DNA of 64,000 nucleotides from Camelus ferus. Lineage: Eukaryota. A program made the position numbers and the translations under genes. Location: assembly GCF_009834535.1 (NCBI RefSeq), contig NC_045731.1, positions 14,384,001-14,448,000 on the forward strand, read 5' to 3'. Shown piece after piece: positions 12,111 to 23,880 of the stretch (the first letter of the stretch is position 1; every line of letters starts with the position of its first letter). The notes under the pieces are model-generated. The model worked only from the letters and a program-made list of their open reading frames with translations, had not been told where the DNA came from and did not search any database.

Positions 12111-13689
12111 ATCCTTTCCAAGCACATTTCTTAAACGAAATGCATCGACCTCTGGGGATCTAAAGCTGCAGACGTAGCAGCCAGAAGGTAACCACTGTGC
12201 TACTTATACACAAGTTTAATACTTTCTTCCTGACCGTCTCCTCTAATAAACTGCAAAAAAGGCTTGAGTGTCTGTTCTACACAAGTGGGGAGAAGCAAAG
12301 AACCCAGAAGGAGGGGCCGGGGGGAGACGCTGTGACATTACGTCTTGCCAATTTCACCATTTGGCTGGGACCCTCGTCCATGTCACCAGACCCCCTTGGA
12401 GGGGAAGGACCGCAAGACACTATTCAGTTCTGGTCACACGTTCCCTCTTCAACAGACCCAAATCCAAAGAGCTTTGTCAACAGTTCAAGCTAGCTGAGTG
12501 ATGTCCACGAGCCCAGTGCTGTGGATCTCTGTGACATGCATAAATGTGAGAAGAAAGCAAGTCACAAACACAGAAGCTCTAAGCATAAAGTAAAGCAAAG
12601 ACCCACCAGCAATCACCACGGCAGTAAAACGCTAACAAGAGGGAATCCTAGCAGAAACCCTATTCAGCCCCAAACCTTCTCCACATCTTACCCCAGCGAC
12701 GACCCTAGCAGATCACACAAAACTGAGACAGGAGGTTAGATTCAGACATTTTAGAAAGATTCTCGTACCTCTCATTGTAAATCCACCATCTGCTTAGATA
12801 CAACCACCCCAAAATTCAATTAACCAGAATATCTCATTCCTCACAGATTTCGACCCCTTGGGGTTTTACTGCCTCCATTTCACCGTACGCAACATTAAGT
12901 ATGTCTAACTCCCAAAGCAGAACATACAATTATTCCTTTTGTCAATGAAAATCTCGGGTGGAAATCATCACCAGTGTGAACCCTGCCATTTCAGGTTGTT
13001 AAATTCAAATGAATATAAATGCTATTCCCTGTAAATTATCTTTCTAATTTGAGGCATAAATGGGCTTTTTGCCCTCTCCTTCAAGGCTTGCCTTTAATAC
13101 TCTGTGAAAGATAAATTACATTATTATCTTAGGAAAGTCTGCTGAAAATTACTGAGTTTTTAGTTCTAGAAGCTGAAGATATTTCTTGTTTGACAAAGTA
13201 TATCAATACTTGTCACTGACATAGAGATTGGACTTTTAAGGCATTGATGGAGAGGAAGAAACAAAACAAATTTTACCCTGGCATTCATTCTAAAGACAAA
13301 CATCTAAATAAATCAGGTCTGGCTAAGAACATACCTGAGGCCTTGGCAGGATTTAATTACACACGGAGTTGGCAAATCTACAGTTGTCATCCACAAGCAG
13401 ACGGCAGGACTCCTCAAATCATCCTGATACTGACAAGTCACAGGCAGTTGACTTTCAAACACACTGAAGGCTTCCAGCCAGAGCTGATCAACAGCATGGC
13501 GGCCGCCAGAGGAGTCCACTGATCACGATCGCTTAAGGCAACTTTCCCTGTTTTAGATTTGGTCTTCTAATTGTTGCCAGTTTTTAACGGCAAAATAGGA
13601 ATTAAGCTGACCCCTGACGATGACAACACAAACACACAAGCACGACGCTCGCTGCTGCATATGTGTTATGTGGGTGCATCTGTTTAGAA

Positions 13690-13810
13690 CTCACAACCCT
13701 TCGAGTTTTGCTCAGCTGTCCATTTCACAGAGGAGGAAACTGAGTCCTGGAGGAATTATACCACTTGCCCAAGGTTTTAAGGACAGTCCACACGACAAAA
13801 GAAGCACTTG
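13690..13810 (-). mobile_element. MIR relic
   Basis: 'catttcacagaggaggaaactgag...cttgcccaaggt' is the reverse MIR core. Confidence 0.65.
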
Positions 13811-14084
13811 AATCAGTAAATGAAGAAAGGCTCATAAGAAAACAAGGGGCCCGGGGCTGGAGGGCGCGGATCTAATGACACTGAGTGCAACACTTAAATT
13901 CCACTGACTGTAATTCCTTTTTATCCTTCAAGTTTGAGTATCAGGAGACTCTAGGTTCTAGTCTCCCATCCCCAAACAGGTGCCTGAAAAAAATGCACTT
14001 TTCTTTCTTCTTATACAACTCAATGGTAACAATAATAGCAAATACTCACGAAGCACTCATTCTTGGCTGGGCTTTCTTCTTCTT

Positions 14085-14775
14085 CTTTTTTAATTAAAGT
14101 ATGGTTGATTTACACTGTTGTGTTGGTCTCTGGAGCACACCACAGTGATTCTGATGAGAGGTTTTTCATCTAGGTTGTTAGAGGATACTGAATGCTACTA
14201 TATGGTAGCACCTTATTGTTCGCCTACTTTATATACAGTGTTTGCATCTGCTAGTGCTAACCTCCTAACTTATCCTCCCCTGCCACCTTCTCCTTTGGTA
14301 ACCGTAAGTTTGTTTTCTATGTCTGTGAGTCTGTTGCTATTTTGTAAATAAGTTCATTTGTATCATTTTTTAGATTCCACATATAAGTGATGTCATATGG
14401 TGTTTGTCTTTCTCTGTCTGACTTACTTCACNNNNNNNNNNNNNNNNNNNNNNNNNNNNNNNNNNNNNNNNNNNNNNNNNNNNNNNNNNNNNNNNNNNNN
14501 NNNNNNNNNNNNNNNNNNNNNNNNNNNNNNNNNNNNNNNNNNNNNNNNNNNNNNNNNNNNNNNNNNNNNNNNNNNNNNNNNNNNNNNNNNNNNNNNNNNC
14601 TTCTGTGAACATTGGGGTGCAGGTGTCTTTTCAAATTAAGAGTTTTCTCTGGATATACGCCCAGGAGTGGGACTGCTGGATCATATGGTAAGTCCACTTT
14701 TACTTTTTTAAGGAGTCTCCATACTGTTTTCCATAGTGGCTGCACTAAACTACATTCCCATCGACAGTGTTAGGT
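14085..14775 (-). mobile_element. L1 3' end including ORF2 C-terminal remnant, interrupted by assembly gap
   Basis: The minus-strand ORF 14428-14745 translates as '[28 protein letters not shown]', the conserved L1 ORF2 C-terminal motif. L1 3'UTR lies on the other side of the gap. Confidence 0.92.
14432..14599. other. Assembly gap (168 N)
   Basis: Run of n characters. Confidence 1.
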
Positions 14776-14789
14776 TCCATTCTTAACAC

Positions 14790-14930
14790 TTTATTATTTT
14801 CTCCCCACTTCACAGGGGAGGAGACTGAGGCACAGAGAGGCTGATTTGCCCACTGCTATGCAGGGTCGTAAGTGGAGGAGTGGGGTTCTGAGCAGCAATA
14901 ATCTGGCCCCAATGTCTGTTTTCTTAATCA
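14790..14930 (-). mobile_element. MIR relic
   Basis: 'cccacttcacaggggaggagactgaggcacagagaggctgatttgccc...gtaagtggaggagtgggg'. Confidence 0.7.
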
Positions 14931-15429
14931 CCAGCATATCAGCACAATTCCCTTGATCCAACTTTCTCTAACATCTGCATTTACTGCATTCTTCCTTGTC
15001 TCAATAGGGCCACAGAAAACCCGGTGTGGCTCTCTAGGATCCTGGCCACTTCCATCCTACGCTTGCGTGCACACAAGTCATTATATCCCCTTGCACTTTA
15101 TGGACACGGGAGCTCTGGAAGGCTGCCTCAGGCACACCTTGATGGCATACCTGAAGTCACCATTCCCTGAAGTCTCCCTAAAGAATGAGCCACGTGTCCT
15201 GCCAAATCTACCCAAGATCCTGCTACTCCATTCCCAGTCCTCAGCCTGCATGCACCAAGGGCACAGAGCTTCTTCTCAGGAGCACACCAGCATCCAGTCT
15301 TGCTCTGTGTCTGCCCACATCTAGGACGATCCTACTCTTGGGGGCTATCCTTCATGAATTCAACCTCCAAGTTCAAGTCCCTGTCAGAGGCTGGGGACAC
15401 GAACAGTGCTGGGGAATAAGGCAGGCCCA

Positions 15430-15720
15430 TGCATAGGCAGAAAAAGAGCTACCAGAGACAAAGAGAAGTTTAAGAGACAAGGCAAAAGTTTACCGGGTAC
15501 GCTGCTCTAGGCAACAGGGGCCACACAGACAGGAGGGGCCTGTGTGAGTGCTGGAGGGAGCACCCAGGGTCTTTTACTGGGAAGGGTTTGGTGAACACAG
15601 GGGCTACATGATCAGCACGTGCACGAGTTTTCGACTGGCTGTGGGTGAAGTCAGAGGGTCTGTGAGGGGCACTGGGATTTATGACTCTGGGAAGATGGAG
15701 ACATGGGGTTGAGGTAGACC
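15430..15720 (-). mobile_element. Possible old ERVL-type LTR
   Basis: Reverse strand has a TATA-like 'ccagtaaaag', a polyA-like 'gtaaac' and a ...CA end; no TSD seen. Confidence 0.4.
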
Positions 15721-16864
15721 AGCTGGTCTGGAACTTCTCATTGAGCGTTTAGACATCACCCAGGGCTACTGATTCTGCCAGGGCAAACACACATCAGAAA
15801 AGGATGCACTTCATTTTCTAAAGAGGCAGGCAGAGATGTCCAAGGGCTAGAAGTTTGGGGAGGGGGTTACGGAGCCTTGGCAGGCACCCATTGGCACCAC
15901 AAACAGGAAGATAAAACTTGAGATTTTGCCTTGCCCTCATTAACATTTCAACCAAGGCAGATCGGTCCCTGCTTCCACCCAACTTAGGGAGCTATCGAAT
16001 CACCAGGAGATGAGGTTCGGTGTCACTGGTGTCATGGTGTCACCAACACATCTCCTGGACACCCTCCACGCTGTCCAGGACAGAACTTTGATTTGACTCC
16101 AGCTTCCACAGCAAACTGAGAGGAAACCAAGCCCAGAGGGGTTAATGGCTCAAAAACTCTCAGACAGAGGCACTCCTCAGTCACTAACACTTCAGTTTTG
16201 AAGTGTTTTCCACGGAACAGGGAGCAGGACTCCCATCTCCAAGCCAGGAGCAGGCTGAGTCTAGAAACGTGCGTGGAGAATAAACCCAACAAGACTGTCC
16301 TCCTCTGAAATGTTCCTATGTTGTTGGTGGTGGTGTTGTTTTGTGCATTTGGACTACAAAACCCTCAGTGTTCAAGGGTTTCTTTGAAGAATATTTCACC
16401 ATCATCGCATAGCTGGATTGACAGGCATCCCAGACACTTCCAGCAGGCTGGCTTCTTTGGCCCAAATTAGTAAGGAAGTACTAGGTTTGTGCAACATGCT
16501 GGGAAATGTCAGTCCACTAGACATTTGCCAAACACCGACCCACAGTCAGAGGCAAAAGCGTTCCCATGATTAAATCCTCAGCACAAGTCCCGCAGCGAGG
16601 AGAACATGAACATTCAGCACAATGCAGCTCAACAACAGACACTTCTCTGCAATGTGTAGTTAGGGTTTTACTTTCTCATCTTGACTCACGAGCTCCAGAT
16701 ATGCAATGTTTTACACTGAGAAACTTTCTTGGATGTACGACTTTGTCCTAGGCTTAGGCTCATGAACCAATCTGCATTCCTTAGAGTCACTGAAATGAGC
16801 AGACCAATTACATATACCTTTTCTTTTTTTTAGTTTGCTAGATGCATGGACATTAGAATCCCAC

Positions 16865-17005
16865 TTCTGTGGGAAAGTTACTTTCCTCAGTGAGCCTTAG
16901 CATCTTCCTTTCTGAAATGAGCTACAAAAGGACCCCAGATTCTCACAGGATGATTCAGGTGAAATAAAAACACAGGCGCAGGGCTCTTAGCGTAGGGCCC
17001 AGCAT
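16865..17005 (+). mobile_element. MIR relic
   Basis: 'aaagttactttcctcagtgagccttagcatcttcctttctgaaatgagct...cttagcgtagggccc'. Confidence 0.6.
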
Positions 17006-17172
17006 GGAGGACGGCTCTCCAAACGGACAGCTGATGTGCATACATGAACATATATAATTCATATAGAGCAGTAATACAAAGAAAGCTAAATCTTTTTTTT
17101 TTCTGATGTGGCCACTTAATGATCTGTGATTGATCAAAGGGCATGTAGAGCTTAAAAGTCAGCTGCTATAAA

Positions 17173-17382
17173 GGCTCACCACTATATATAAACATAGATT
17201 AAAAAAAACAAATTTCTTCTGTGTAGCACAGGAAACTATATTCAGTATCTTGTAATAACCTTTAATGGAAAAGAATATGAAAATGAATATACGTATATAT
17301 GTGTGTATAGATGCATGACAGGGACCTTACGCTGTACATGAGAAACTGACACATTGTAACCGACTGTACTTCAATTAGGAAA
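17173..17382 (+). mobile_element. L1 3' end fragment
   Basis: L1 3'UTR motifs. Imperfect TSD aaa(g/c)tca(g/a)ctgctataaa at ~17154-17172 and ~17383-17401. Confidence 0.88.
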
Positions 17383-18214
17383 AAAACTCAACTGCTATAA
17401 ATTCAGAGATAGTACACAGGATTCTGGCTGCCATAGCGCTGCTGATGATGCTGGCACGATTCTCAGCGCTTGCCTGTACCCTGTGATAGAAGGACCGACA
17501 TCGCCCAACTTTACAGATGAGAACATGGACGCCTGGATTGTTCAGATGACCTGCCGTGGTCGCACAGCTGGTGTTTGGGGCTGGACCCCAGGGAGTCTGA
17601 CTCCACAGCTCACACTCTCAACCTTCACAAAATGAAATGCTCCTCTGACCTGCCCATAGTCCAGTCGTCCAGGTGACAGAGGCCCGGGGGGACTCAAACG
17701 AAAACCAAGGAAGTCCACCTTTTGTCATCTCTCAGGTGTCAGAGTGGTGAGCCCCGCTCAGCATGGGTGACTGGACATCCTTCAAAGCAGGGTTGTTTTG
17801 AGAACCAAACCATATGCTCTAAGAACACGTATTTTAGGCACCCAGGAATTGCTGCCTCTGAATCTGAACCAATTTTAAAAACAGCATAAGAAGGACTGGC
17901 GTCACGGCGTGCTCTCCGTTCTGCACTCAGAGCCACTCATCCCCGAGTGCTTCCCGGTGGGCACCCCCGGCTCCCCGCCTTTGACGTGGCTGTGGTAGAA
18001 GTACTCTCTTCAAAAACACTAAGGAGAGTGCACGTTGAAATAAGTACCTTCCAGCATCCCCACTGTCACAAGCACGGAGGAGGACACTGACAGCTGGTTC
18101 GTCTATTTACTTGTACCACGAATGGTCTTGAGTCAGACAAGTCAGTGAGGCTCTCAGTACCTGTGATTTGCAGCTTTCACTTATGGAGGTCCTACTGTGT
18201 GTCCGAGTTACCTT

Positions 18215-18400
18215 TAACCCTGAGGGCAAAGTTACTTTTAGTCCTTACAGCCACTGGATGAGTTAAATACTATTACCTTCCCTTTTACAGATGAATGAAA
18301 TAGAGGCTGCAGAAGATTAAGTAACTTTCCCAAGGTCACGGTGAGAAGCAGAGGTGGGATTTGCACCCAGTTCCGCCTGAATTCAAAACCTCCACACAGT
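18215..18400 (-). mobile_element. MIR relic
   Basis: 'cccttttacagatgaatgaaatagaggctgcagaagattaagtaactttcccaaggtcac...gggatttgcacccag'. Confidence 0.8.
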
Positions 18401-18405
18401 CCTTC

Positions 18406-18882
18406 TGTAACCAAGCAGGGCCCCAGGGGGCCTTCCCAGGAAAGACCCCTCCCCCGTGTCCTCTGCGGCAGCTCCTCTCTGAAGCACCCAGATAGCTCAT
18501 GCATCTGTCCTGAGTTTTTCAGATGCTAAAAACCACCACCAAAGGGAAGACATTAACTACTTGATGATGGAGAGCACATGGCCCCCAGACCTTCTGGCGC
18601 CTGGCGGGGTTGAGGGTCTTGACCACCGTGTTCCCTCAACATCAACCAGTCAGAGATTGTGCACGAGCTGATCACATGCTCTGCGACCCACCTCCCCTCC
18701 CTCACCTGGCCTTTAAATACGCTTTGCTGAAACCCTTCGGGGAGTCTGGGGTTTTCTTGGGCACAAGCCACCCCGTCCTCCTTGCTCGGCCCTGCAATAA
18801 ACCTTTCTCTGCTCTGAACTCCGATGTTACAGCCTGTTTGGCCTTGCGGTGCATCGGGCACACGGACTTGCCTTTAGCACCA
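18406..18882 (+). mobile_element. ERV1-type solo LTR (same family as 61614-62082)
   Basis: tgtaacc...agcacca with 5-bp TSD ccttc (18401-18405, 18883-18887). TATA-like tttaaata and aataaa present; collinear with 61614-62082. Confidence 0.9.
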
Positions 18883-19310
18883 CCTTCTATCACATCCAGC
18901 TGCTTCAGCAAGATGCCAGGAAATCAAGACAGAGAGGAAGACGGAGACAAACGGGGATCTGAATAGAAACAGAACGTCTGATTGTCATGGTGGACTCTGA
19001 AGGTTTCCGAGCACTTCACCCCAGGATGCGGTGCGCACCCTGAGAACAGAGTTGGGGGGGTCTCAGAGCTCACGCCCTGACAAGCAGAGGCTGGTGCTAG
19101 TCTTGATTTTTGGGGGGGAAATCACGGACTTGAGTTTTGGAAGAGTGACAGCCTACAGGGGAGAAAGAAGTGGGTTCCCGGAGACACGAAACACCACATA
19201 ACTCTGGGCCTGGAGCCAACATTCAGGGCAGCACCCACGGCCCGACCCCACCCCTCACAGCTTGCACCTGGAGGCAACAGGACTGAATCCTGTGTTTAGT
19301 ACCAGAAACG

Positions 19311-19597
19311 GAAGCAGCAGGCAGCGGGCGCAGCACCAGGGAGGCCTGAGCAAGGCCTTGTCTGGTCTCTAGAGAGCGAACAGCCTGCCTCCAACCTCCT
19401 GAGCATCTCCCGGAAGACCTCAAACCGAGAGAGTGGGGAACAACTTCCAGGCCACAGGCCAGGCCAGGTGCACACACACGTGTGAGTCCCAGGTGCCCGC
19501 CAGAAACCGAACAGCTGCCCGTCTTCTCTCTTGGGGGCCCCTTGCTCACGGCTCCAGAGGGAGTGGGAGTGGCCCTTGGCTTTCCGGTTCTGCCTGC
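19311..19597 (+). repeat. Inverted repeat IR2, left arm
   Basis: Manual alignment to the reverse complement of 20517-20802: 47 mismatches + 1 gap in 287 bp, with a 33-bp perfect core. Confidence 0.96.
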
Positions 19598-20516
19598 GGA
19601 TTCAGGGCAGCCCAGGGCACCTGCTATGTTTGAAATGAAATAAATCCTTGAAGACAGAATGTGGACAGAAGCCGGAGGAAGCTTCTTTCCGGAGCAGATT
19701 GGGTTACCTCCCTGCCTCCTTGCGCAAATGGGTGCTGAGACCCCTGCCACGTCTCATCCAGCTCACCTCCTCTTCCTTTAATTCTTCTCCATCTTCTTCT
19801 CCCCCTCTCAGCCTTTCTGGGAAAGGGCCTGGGGGAAGAGGCGAATGGAACAGCGGAATGCAAGTTTTCAGTGAGCAGGACTGTCATCAGGCCTGGGTGG
19901 AGGGACAGCAGCAGCGGGCTTTCCCCACCCCAAACCCGCCTGCACGTTGTTCCCAGAAAAGTAATGTCTGCGGCACCCATAAGGGCAGAGCGGGTGGGGG
20001 ACGCAGGATTATTTGATCCCATGAAACGAATTCTTTATGAAGCTCATTACAACCATGGAAATTCACCGAGAGACTGTCAGTGGTCCCACCCCCCAGCTCG
20101 GCAGAGGCCAGAATAAAAGTACGACGAGGTAATAACAATGGGGGTGCGGGGAACAAGGCTCGCAGCAGAGGTGGGCGGCAAGCGGTGGTTACACGGGGGG
20201 AGGAAGACCCTCCAGGCAGCTGCTGGGGACTCCGTGTTCTCAGAGGAAGAAGCCAAGGCAACACTCCCGCCCCTGCACAGCGAGCGCGCAGAAGGCACCG
20301 CGGCCGCCCGGTGTCTGAGCGGGCGCTGGCCTTCGCTGAGTGTTTAAGGAGGTCTTGACGGCTTTTACCATCATGTACCGTGATACGTTAAAGTTAGACG
20401 TGAATATTTTGGCAAAAGGCTTTGGTACCAATGGAGTCAAAATGCGTCCTTTAAAGAAGATCCCCTCCAACCCATGTACCTCCAGAGACGTGTTAAAACA
20501 GAGGCGGGGCTCTGGG

Positions 20517-20802
20517 GCAGGCTCAACCAGAAAGCCAAGGTCCACTCCTGCGCTCTCTGGAGGTGCGGGCAAAGGGCCCCCAGGAGAGACGGAGGGCAGC
20601 TGTTCGGTTTCTGACAGACACCTGGAACTCACACGTGTGTGTGCACCTGGCCTGGCCTGCAACCTGGAACTTGCTCCCGCCCTCTTGGTTCCGGGTCTTC
20701 CAGGAGATGCTCAAGAAGCTGGAGGCTGGCTGTCAGCTCTCTAGAGGCCAGGGAAGTCTATGCTCGGGCCTCCCTGGTGCTGAGCCCGCTGCCTGCTGCT
20801 TC
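20517..20802 (-). repeat. Inverted repeat IR2, right arm
   Basis: Reverse complement of 19311-19597 at ~83% identity. Confidence 0.96.
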
Positions 20803-20959
20803 TGTTTAATACTTTCTGTCTCCCCTGAAGTTAACATACAGAGTAGACAGCTTGCTTCACGAGTAGCGTTAATACATGGATGAATGTGACGCCTGGACAA
20901 CGTACTTGCTTTACCCCAACACGTCCTTTGTTCTACTTACGTGCAGGAGGGCGCTTCAC

Positions 20960-21250
20960 TTCTTTACTATCAATTAAACACCTACTTACTGAGCACCTAC
21001 TGTGTGCTGAGGTCTGAACTCGACTCCGGGGAAGGTGTGCAAGCCACTCAAGGGGGCTTCTGCTCTGACCGTGGAGGCAGGGTTCGCCCCCAGGGGAAAC
21101 AGGCAAGGGAGGATGTCTGGAGGCAGGTGGCCCGAGCAACGCTAAAGGGCTGGGACAGAAGCGCAGGAGGGTGAGGCGTCCGTGGGAAGGAGGACGCTTG
21201 AGAGTCGCTGGGGCTGAGGAGGTGCTGTTAGGAACCCCAGACAGTCCAGA
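20960..21250 (-). mobile_element. L2 relic
   Basis: 'caattaaacacctacttactgagcacctactgtgtgc' is the reverse of the L2 3' terminus. Confidence 0.55.
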
Positions 21251-23689
21251 CCGCGAGCGCAGAGGTGTGGGATACGCAGCATCTGAACAGGAACAGTGAG
21301 TCACCGCAATGGCTCAGGGCGAGGGGGCCCTGGAGGAGCTGGGTACAGACGAGCCTGCAGGACAAGCAAAGCGGCCTGGGAAGGGCTGCACTGGGGTCTG
21401 AACTTGACCATGCAGGCTGGGGGTCAACGAGCAGGTCCCGCACAGAAGCAGGAGCAAGTATTTCCAGCCACGCCATCTCTGCAGCACCTACCCCACCCCG
21501 CCCTTACAGGGCGAAAGCGGCCCGGGCCGCATGTCATGAGTGGGCGTGGCTGCGCTCCGGCCAGACTTCAGCGACAGAACCAGGCAGGGGGATGCACTGA
21601 CCCACACTGAGCTTGCTGCTTTCTGCTGCAGGCGATGGGAAGCCCCGTAAGGGTTAAGCAAGAACTGACCTGACAATGAGGATGTTACATAGGTCACGGT
21701 GCTACTGCTTGGAGTATACACTGGAGGGAAAGGTGAGAGGCAGAGGGGCTGATTGGGAGACGATGAGGACAGGCCTTTGTGCTTCTGACAGACGATGCTC
21801 TGTGGGTCTAAGGCCCTGGTACACGTCATTTGCACAGTGCCCTCTCCTCTCAGGGCATCGACTCATAGCCACGCTCCAGCCTCAAGTTATACAACCAAAG
21901 GCATCATTCTGAACCCAGACGCGTTTCCTAAGGTGCACGCTGACAACGATGCCTGCTAAATTAAGGATGGACCAGCACAAAGATAACTTGCAAATCGGAC
22001 GGTGGGTAGGAGATGTAAAGGACGGCTTGCAAAGGAAAATGAGGAAAATCAGGGTTTGATGAAGGCAGCACAGGGGCTGCCATGATAAATGAGCACCATC
22101 AGCCTTTTTTTCTTGTAATACTGAAGTGAGACGGAGGACTTGGACCAATGCCCTCATCAGTGACTGAGTCCTCTCTCTTTTCAGGATAAAACCAATTTGC
22201 TAAGTGAGGAGATAAGAAAGAACAATAACAGAAACAACAAAACCAACCCTCCTTGCGCATCCTTCTGAAGAGGGTTTCCAAACAGGCTCTGCCAGTCCTG
22301 CTTTCATGAACACACACATCCTGTGGTCATTAACAACACCCACCTGCAGTAATACGTTGAAGTTTCCACAAACCGGAATTCAACTGAATGTGCCAACTCT
22401 AAATCTTTGTTACAGGGACTCCTGCACTAAGTCTTCATAATGGGACAAACATAATCCTCAGGGCAGCCCAAGTAGAAACCACGGTTTTGGAGTCATGAGG
22501 TTCTTTGATAAAATGAGGACCTGCTTTAAGACCCTCCAATGCAGGATGTCCCCATTTTTTAAAAGAACCGTGTTCCAAGTTTCTCTGTGCAATCTGAATA
22601 ACACTTTCCCCCAGAAACATGGCAAAAATGTGGGTTAGTTCCCAGGCTAACCCTTCAAAAGCTTATTTAAAACAAAAGAAAAATGAAAACAGTAGGAGGC
22701 AATGGCTTTGCAGTCTTAGTAACTAAGCAAATCAAAAGAAATTAAGATTAGAAAATGATTTTTTTTTTTTATTTTCTCTTAAAAACAGGGAGTTGAAGAA
22801 AATAAAAGAGAGGATTCATTTTGAGATTTCCTTTAGTTACACTCTCCCCTGTTCCCCGGTCATTCATTAGATCCCAGATGCATCAGCCTTCTTGCTTTAT
22901 TCTATGAAGACTACAAGCTTGTCCTTGCCACCAGGCCTTGATACCTGCTGATCTATCAGTCAGGAACACATTTCCAAGAGATTTTTAAGTGTCTAAATCT
23001 TTATCATCAAGGCCCCTTAGGGCCCTCCATGAATATGTAGCGGAGACCCTTCCTGCCCCAGTCAGCATCTGGAACCTCACCCTGGGCCCCTTATCCTGGT
23101 AAGTTGTTCAATTAAATATTCTACTGTTGAATGGACCCTCCAAAGTTTCTTTATTTCATTATTTTTAAGATTTCTTTCTTTTCTCTAATATAATTTCTAA
23201 TTTTCTCCAATTGTTTCATTCCAAAACCCACTACCCACCCATGATTTGATAGACACCCAGGCTAAGAACCATTTTCTCATGACTCACAAAAAAAAGAGCA
23301 TGACTCACAAAAAAAAAAAAAAAAGAACCATTTTCTTAATGTTTATTGATCAACACAAATAACTCGGTCCCTCAGTAACAGAATAATGGTCAAGGGCGGG
23401 GAGAGAGAAGTAGAGGGAAGTAGGTTTTACATAAAGCGTATGCATGTATCGACGAAAGAGAGAGTATAATGCTGGCTCAATGGACTGGATGTCTATTAAA
23501 AGCATAAAAATGGGGCAAATGATGGGCGGAAGCAAAACCTCCCAAAGAGGGAAAAGGGAAGCTCTGAAAAAGACCAAAATATTGTCATTGGCCTCTAGGG
23601 GGCACCACTGGCACAGTGCAGGGTTGTGATTCAATGTGTATTTTGTGCTGAGCAGAGAAAACCATGCTAACAGGAAGCAAAGAACAATG

Positions 23690-23880
23690 AGAATGACATT
23701 TATTGAAAATGTCCCGAGAGCAAGAGACTTTGCCAAGTGTTCCTATATTTAATTCTTACAACAATCTTTCGAGGCTCATATTATATTATCCTTATTTTTC
23801 CAACAGAGGAAACTGAAATTCAAAGTTCAATAATTTAAAGCAAAGAACATTCTGAATTATGGATCCAGATTTGAATCAAA
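23690..23880 (-). mobile_element. MIR relic
   Basis: 'acatttattgaaaatgtcc...ttaattcttacaacaatc...attattatccttatttttccaacagaggaaactgaa'. Confidence 0.7.

Noticed and set aside
14370-14745. ORFs spanning 14.4-14.7 kb
   Set aside because: They are artefacts of the N gap; the readable part is a dead L1 ORF2 remnant.
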